A DNA stretch of 63,625 nucleotides, filler included, from Nemertoderma westbladi (Eukaryota; Animalia; Xenacoelomorpha), in assembly GCA_032718475.1 (NCBI GenBank). It is 3 parts of 3 records of this genome, joined end to end, with 100 filler letters (N's around TTAATTAATTAA, not from the genome) between each part and the next. Parts side by side here need not be neighbours in the genome. Positions count along the whole stretch, not along the records: positions 42,251 to 63,625 come from JAUCBJ010008758.1; 2 more parts are not named here. One strand, given 5' to 3'. Every line of letters starts with the position of its first letter. Position 1 is the first letter of the stretch. The notes under the pieces were generated by a model that made no database searches, was not told the DNA's origin, and was given only the letters and a program-made list of their open reading frames with translations. The position numbers were made by a program, and so were the translations under genes. Positions 59,587 through 63,625 of this stretch are shown here, in pieces.

Positions 59587-62500
59587 CCGCATTTCCCATC
59601 AAGATCGCAATAAGGAGCCGCTTAGGAGGAAGCGATGGGAGCGAAGCGAAGGATTTTTCATGTGGTTGGTTAAATATGGGTTTGGAATTAGTGCAGCTTT
59701 CAAGTACTAGGCCTATAAATCAAAATGGCTGAAAGCGGATGTAGACGGTTTTTACTCTCGACCCAGTAATACTGTATTAATTGTCATCGCAAAATTATAG
59801 CTAATGATAATAATTCCATTAAAACATATTGTAGGTTGATGGCCATGTCGATACCCTACACGGCGAGGTTCAAAATATGGATTTGAAACTGTTCACAAAA
59901 TAATGGTGTCTTAAGAACCTTTTACAAATCGTGTGGTTATAGCTATTATGAGCAATCATACCACAGCTCCAGAACAAATTGTTCAACAAGTCTATATCCT
60001 GGGTAAGCCCTTGAGAAGGTCTATTGGCTGTGTATTTCCCTGTGAACTTATTTGCCATGTTCTGTTCTGCAGATCTGGACAATTACGACCCAGGAAAACC
60101 AAATTATTTAACAGCATGATACTTTCATGCGAATTAATTTTCCGGGTCTGAGTTGTCCTTCATTCGATTGTTTTGAGATTTCAATTTTAATGCTTTTATT
60201 TGATAAAATAATCGCATGTGATAATGTGTTATACACAATCTCTTCTGAAAAAAATAATGAACTCAATTCTGATTCATTCAATTTTCCATTCATGTTTATT
60301 TCCAAATAATATCATTCAATGTTTTATGATGGATGTTGTTAGTCGCCAAAGAATAATATCAAATTAAACCGGACATATTATTAGTTCTACCCACCCCCAC
60401 CCGCAGACAAGAGAAGTGAATACTAATTGCTGATGGAATTTGATGTCCTTATTGAATAAGTATGTCAGAATGTATTTACATACATGGTGTAAAGATGCTC
60501 TACTCAACACATCGCTGCCAACTTATGGTTGACTCACTAAAAGAAACACGAAAATAATTAGCAATTCTACAACCGCTGTTTTTTTTCAATTTCAACTGTC
60601 ATCTTGCATCAGTTTACCTATAAATCAGATAGTCTTTCGGACAGAGGAATTCAATGAAGTTTGCGCCTGTACCACTGGGAGAATATAATTGGGAACGGCC
60701 TATTAGAGTTCATTTCAATATCGGAGACCAGCAGAGATTACAACCCAAGAACATCTTTCATATGAAAGCTTACATAAGCTTTCATGCTGCAGGGATCTTA
60801 TCATATTTAATTCAACAAAGATTTTTATAAATGTGTTTTTTGCAGGTGATGGTTAATACACGTTCGGTTAGATAGTACCTAGTACCTGTGTAAAGCAAAG
60901 AACATGAGCTGTATTTATAAAAACAAACCCTAGGTTACGTTTATTACTGCCTGGTACCCCGCCTCATATTTGTTTAGGTGCAATGCAATACGCAAAGCAG
61001 TAGGAACTATTAAATATGCCAAGAGTTCATGTTCGAAAATCTTATATGTGGGGCGAGCCACGAATATAGATACCCTTGGCATACATGTTATTGAAAATAT
61101 CTGCAGTTTTAAAATCCATCAACCTGGGAAAAGTGGATCAAGACGTTCAAGATAAATTCAATTTGAGTTCATTTTAAGACTCCAAACTATATTATGGAAC
61201 ACATTGGTTTCAATGGGAGTGTCTCCACTGGTACTGTATGTAATAAATCATAAGTCGTTTGTTACGGCGCATGAGTCGACGCATGTCCCATGTTCCATCT
61301 TTTGACATTCAACTCATGAGTTATATCCGACAAGAGGCCCGGGATTGTTTACTTTTGGTAGCAGCAAAACAAAAAATAGTGTACAGAGAAAAAATATGAG
61401 ACGAATCTTATCTACTGTCATAATATATAAATGTGCACCAAGCGTTATTTTTACTCCTTATATTTCATGCAACCTAGAATTTACAAGAGGATAATTAATA
61501 TTTGAAATAATATGTATTTAAAGTTCTAATAGCATACTGTTGAATAACGCGAGTGATTCCTTCGTGAAGCAGAACTGCAAGCCATGTCCTCAGCAATCAA
61601 TTATAATTATAATATGGCTAGTTATATCTGATATCGGCTTCCGACATTGGCCCTAGTTGTATAATTATAAAAGTTCGCTGATGGCTCGCATTTTTGACTC
61701 GCCCTCGCCCTACAAATAATTGCTATAGAAAACATGAAAATAATTTACAAGATGAGACGGTTCCATTGCAACCAAGCCAATGTGTTCTACAATTTATTTT
61801 GAATTATGCTTTAACAAAGGGAACACGATGTCCTATTATATACGTTGGACTTACTCATGACTTCAATGCGAATTAAAGATTCCTTATCTAAGTAGGCCCA
61901 TACAACTTATGTATCTCTTTACAACAGGCTACGTTTACCTAAAATAATTAGAAACAACATCTCGAAAAAAGACAACATCTATCCACGAAAAATATATATT
62001 ATTGTACTGCATTATAAAACCCATCTCTTACTTTATTTTAAAAGCCATGTTTAATATTTAATTTAATAATTTAGATAAAATGTAGATAAGTAGCTATTAA
62101 TTTATGTGAAATATCTTTCATATTTATATGGAAGGGCAGAAAATCAAAATGTAGTTTATATGCAGTTTGGGGATAATGCACGGCTCAAGTGAGAAAATAT
62201 ATAATATGAATTTTGTAATTTTTATTGTTATATTTTGTATTAAAATCAGTTTTGTTGATAACATTATTGCTATGCTCCTAACAACTCTATTCACCATCGC
62301 ACCTACCCTCCCATGGTATATGATTAACAGTTTGAAAAACCAAACTACTGATTCAGTGTAGTTCTAGAAAATATGAATTAATATGAAATCTCTGCTATTG
62401 GCTCTCGTATTTATAGTTTTTTTTTTTTTATGGTCATATGCAACTATACACCCTGCTCCATTCTTCTAATCTATTATTATCATATTTACTTAACCGTGAC

Positions 62501-63625
62501 GAGATACTAATTCGCCGAGATTAGGATTTCCATCTGTTCCCCCTCCCTGGCCCTGTCTCTGTAGTTTATTACAGGCATGCGGGTAGGTACGGCCTATTAT
62601 TATAAGTAATTTTTAAATTAAATTTTTTTTATTACTTTAATTCTTTAATATATATAAATAAAGCACAATAACAATACACAATTTTTAGAAAACAATATTG
62701 TCTATGCAATATTATTATTATTATAAGTGCTACAATACACGGTACTCATTATTTTATTATTTATTTATTAATTTATTTATATAATTATTTATTAATTTAA
62801 TTATATTTATTAATTAATTAATTTATAATGTAACTGCTTTACAGTGGCATTAAGCAATGCACATTTCCACTTTAAACAAGGTTACGGCCTAAGTCTATAA
62901 CCATACGAATTTCTGAAGTAATGGTGCATATTTTATATTTTTGGTTAATATTTTTCAAATAAAATATTATAAGAAGAATATATTGCTCTAAAAGTACAGA
63001 TTAACTGTCTAAAACCCAATAATAATTAAGTTTGTAATTAAAGCTGAAAATCATCCTCTAATTTGATAAAAAACCAAAAATTATTTAAAGCGGCCCATGA
63101 GACCCATATAATTCAGCCGTCCTGTTGTGCGTGTGTATAGGAATAGCTTTCATCTTATTTTTTTATGGTTATATTCCCAAAGGTTTATTAGTAACCTTTA
63201 TTTTAGTAGCCCCTCTCTCTCTCTGCATTCCCAAATAAGGCTAACAAATACAATACATTTATGGGTACTGTACCAAGTGTAGCAAACAACACCACCATAT
63301 AGCAGGTAGAATTATTCCCAGACGAACTATACTGTTATTAACTTTATTCTTTATTGATTATTATGATTTGATTATTAACTGAATCTCTCTAGCCATCGAA
63401 ACTGGAAGCTGTTGAATGCTGATCATTATTTTCAATTAGTAATTTTTAGTGTTACAAAATAAACTGTCGCATTTTAATATATTTTTCCGGAAAACAACCA
63501 GGTATATATTTAGCAATAAATGATTCATCGACACAATTAAGAGATTGATATAATTATTTATCTAGCCATTTCTATAGTTTAGCCGACCTCATTGCAGTAA
63601 ACCGACATATGAGTTCCGCTGGGTT

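Overview
AT-rich animal (metazoan) genomic DNA, not prokaryotic. The window holds three segments (1-13590, 13691-42150, 42251-63625) joined by two identical artificial N44-TTAATTAATTAA-N44 linkers, so adjacency across the linkers is not evidence. Segment 1 carries TM1-TM5 exons of a latrophilin-like adhesion GPCR (+) plus a 27-nt ICL3 microexon. Its introns contain an antisense BEL/Pao-like remnant, an RTE-like LINE fragment and two large minisatellites. One of these is about 73 tandem copies of the gene's own intron/exon junction. Segment 2 has a perfect 72-bp satellite attached to an EnSpm-like end, a minimal hammerhead ribozyme with a core mutation, MITEs, RTE-like fragments, several satellites (one G4-prone) and a PDE2 ORF with no introns in its coding region (-). 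Segment 3 has an ACSL-like first coding exon (-) and a two-coding-exon class A GPCR (-). The GPCR intron hosts, antisense, the 2.7-kb coding exon of a CG9801-like PP2C-domain gene. The very long ORFs in the track that lie over satellites are repeat artefacts. All family assignments come from motifs recognised by eye; no searches were run.
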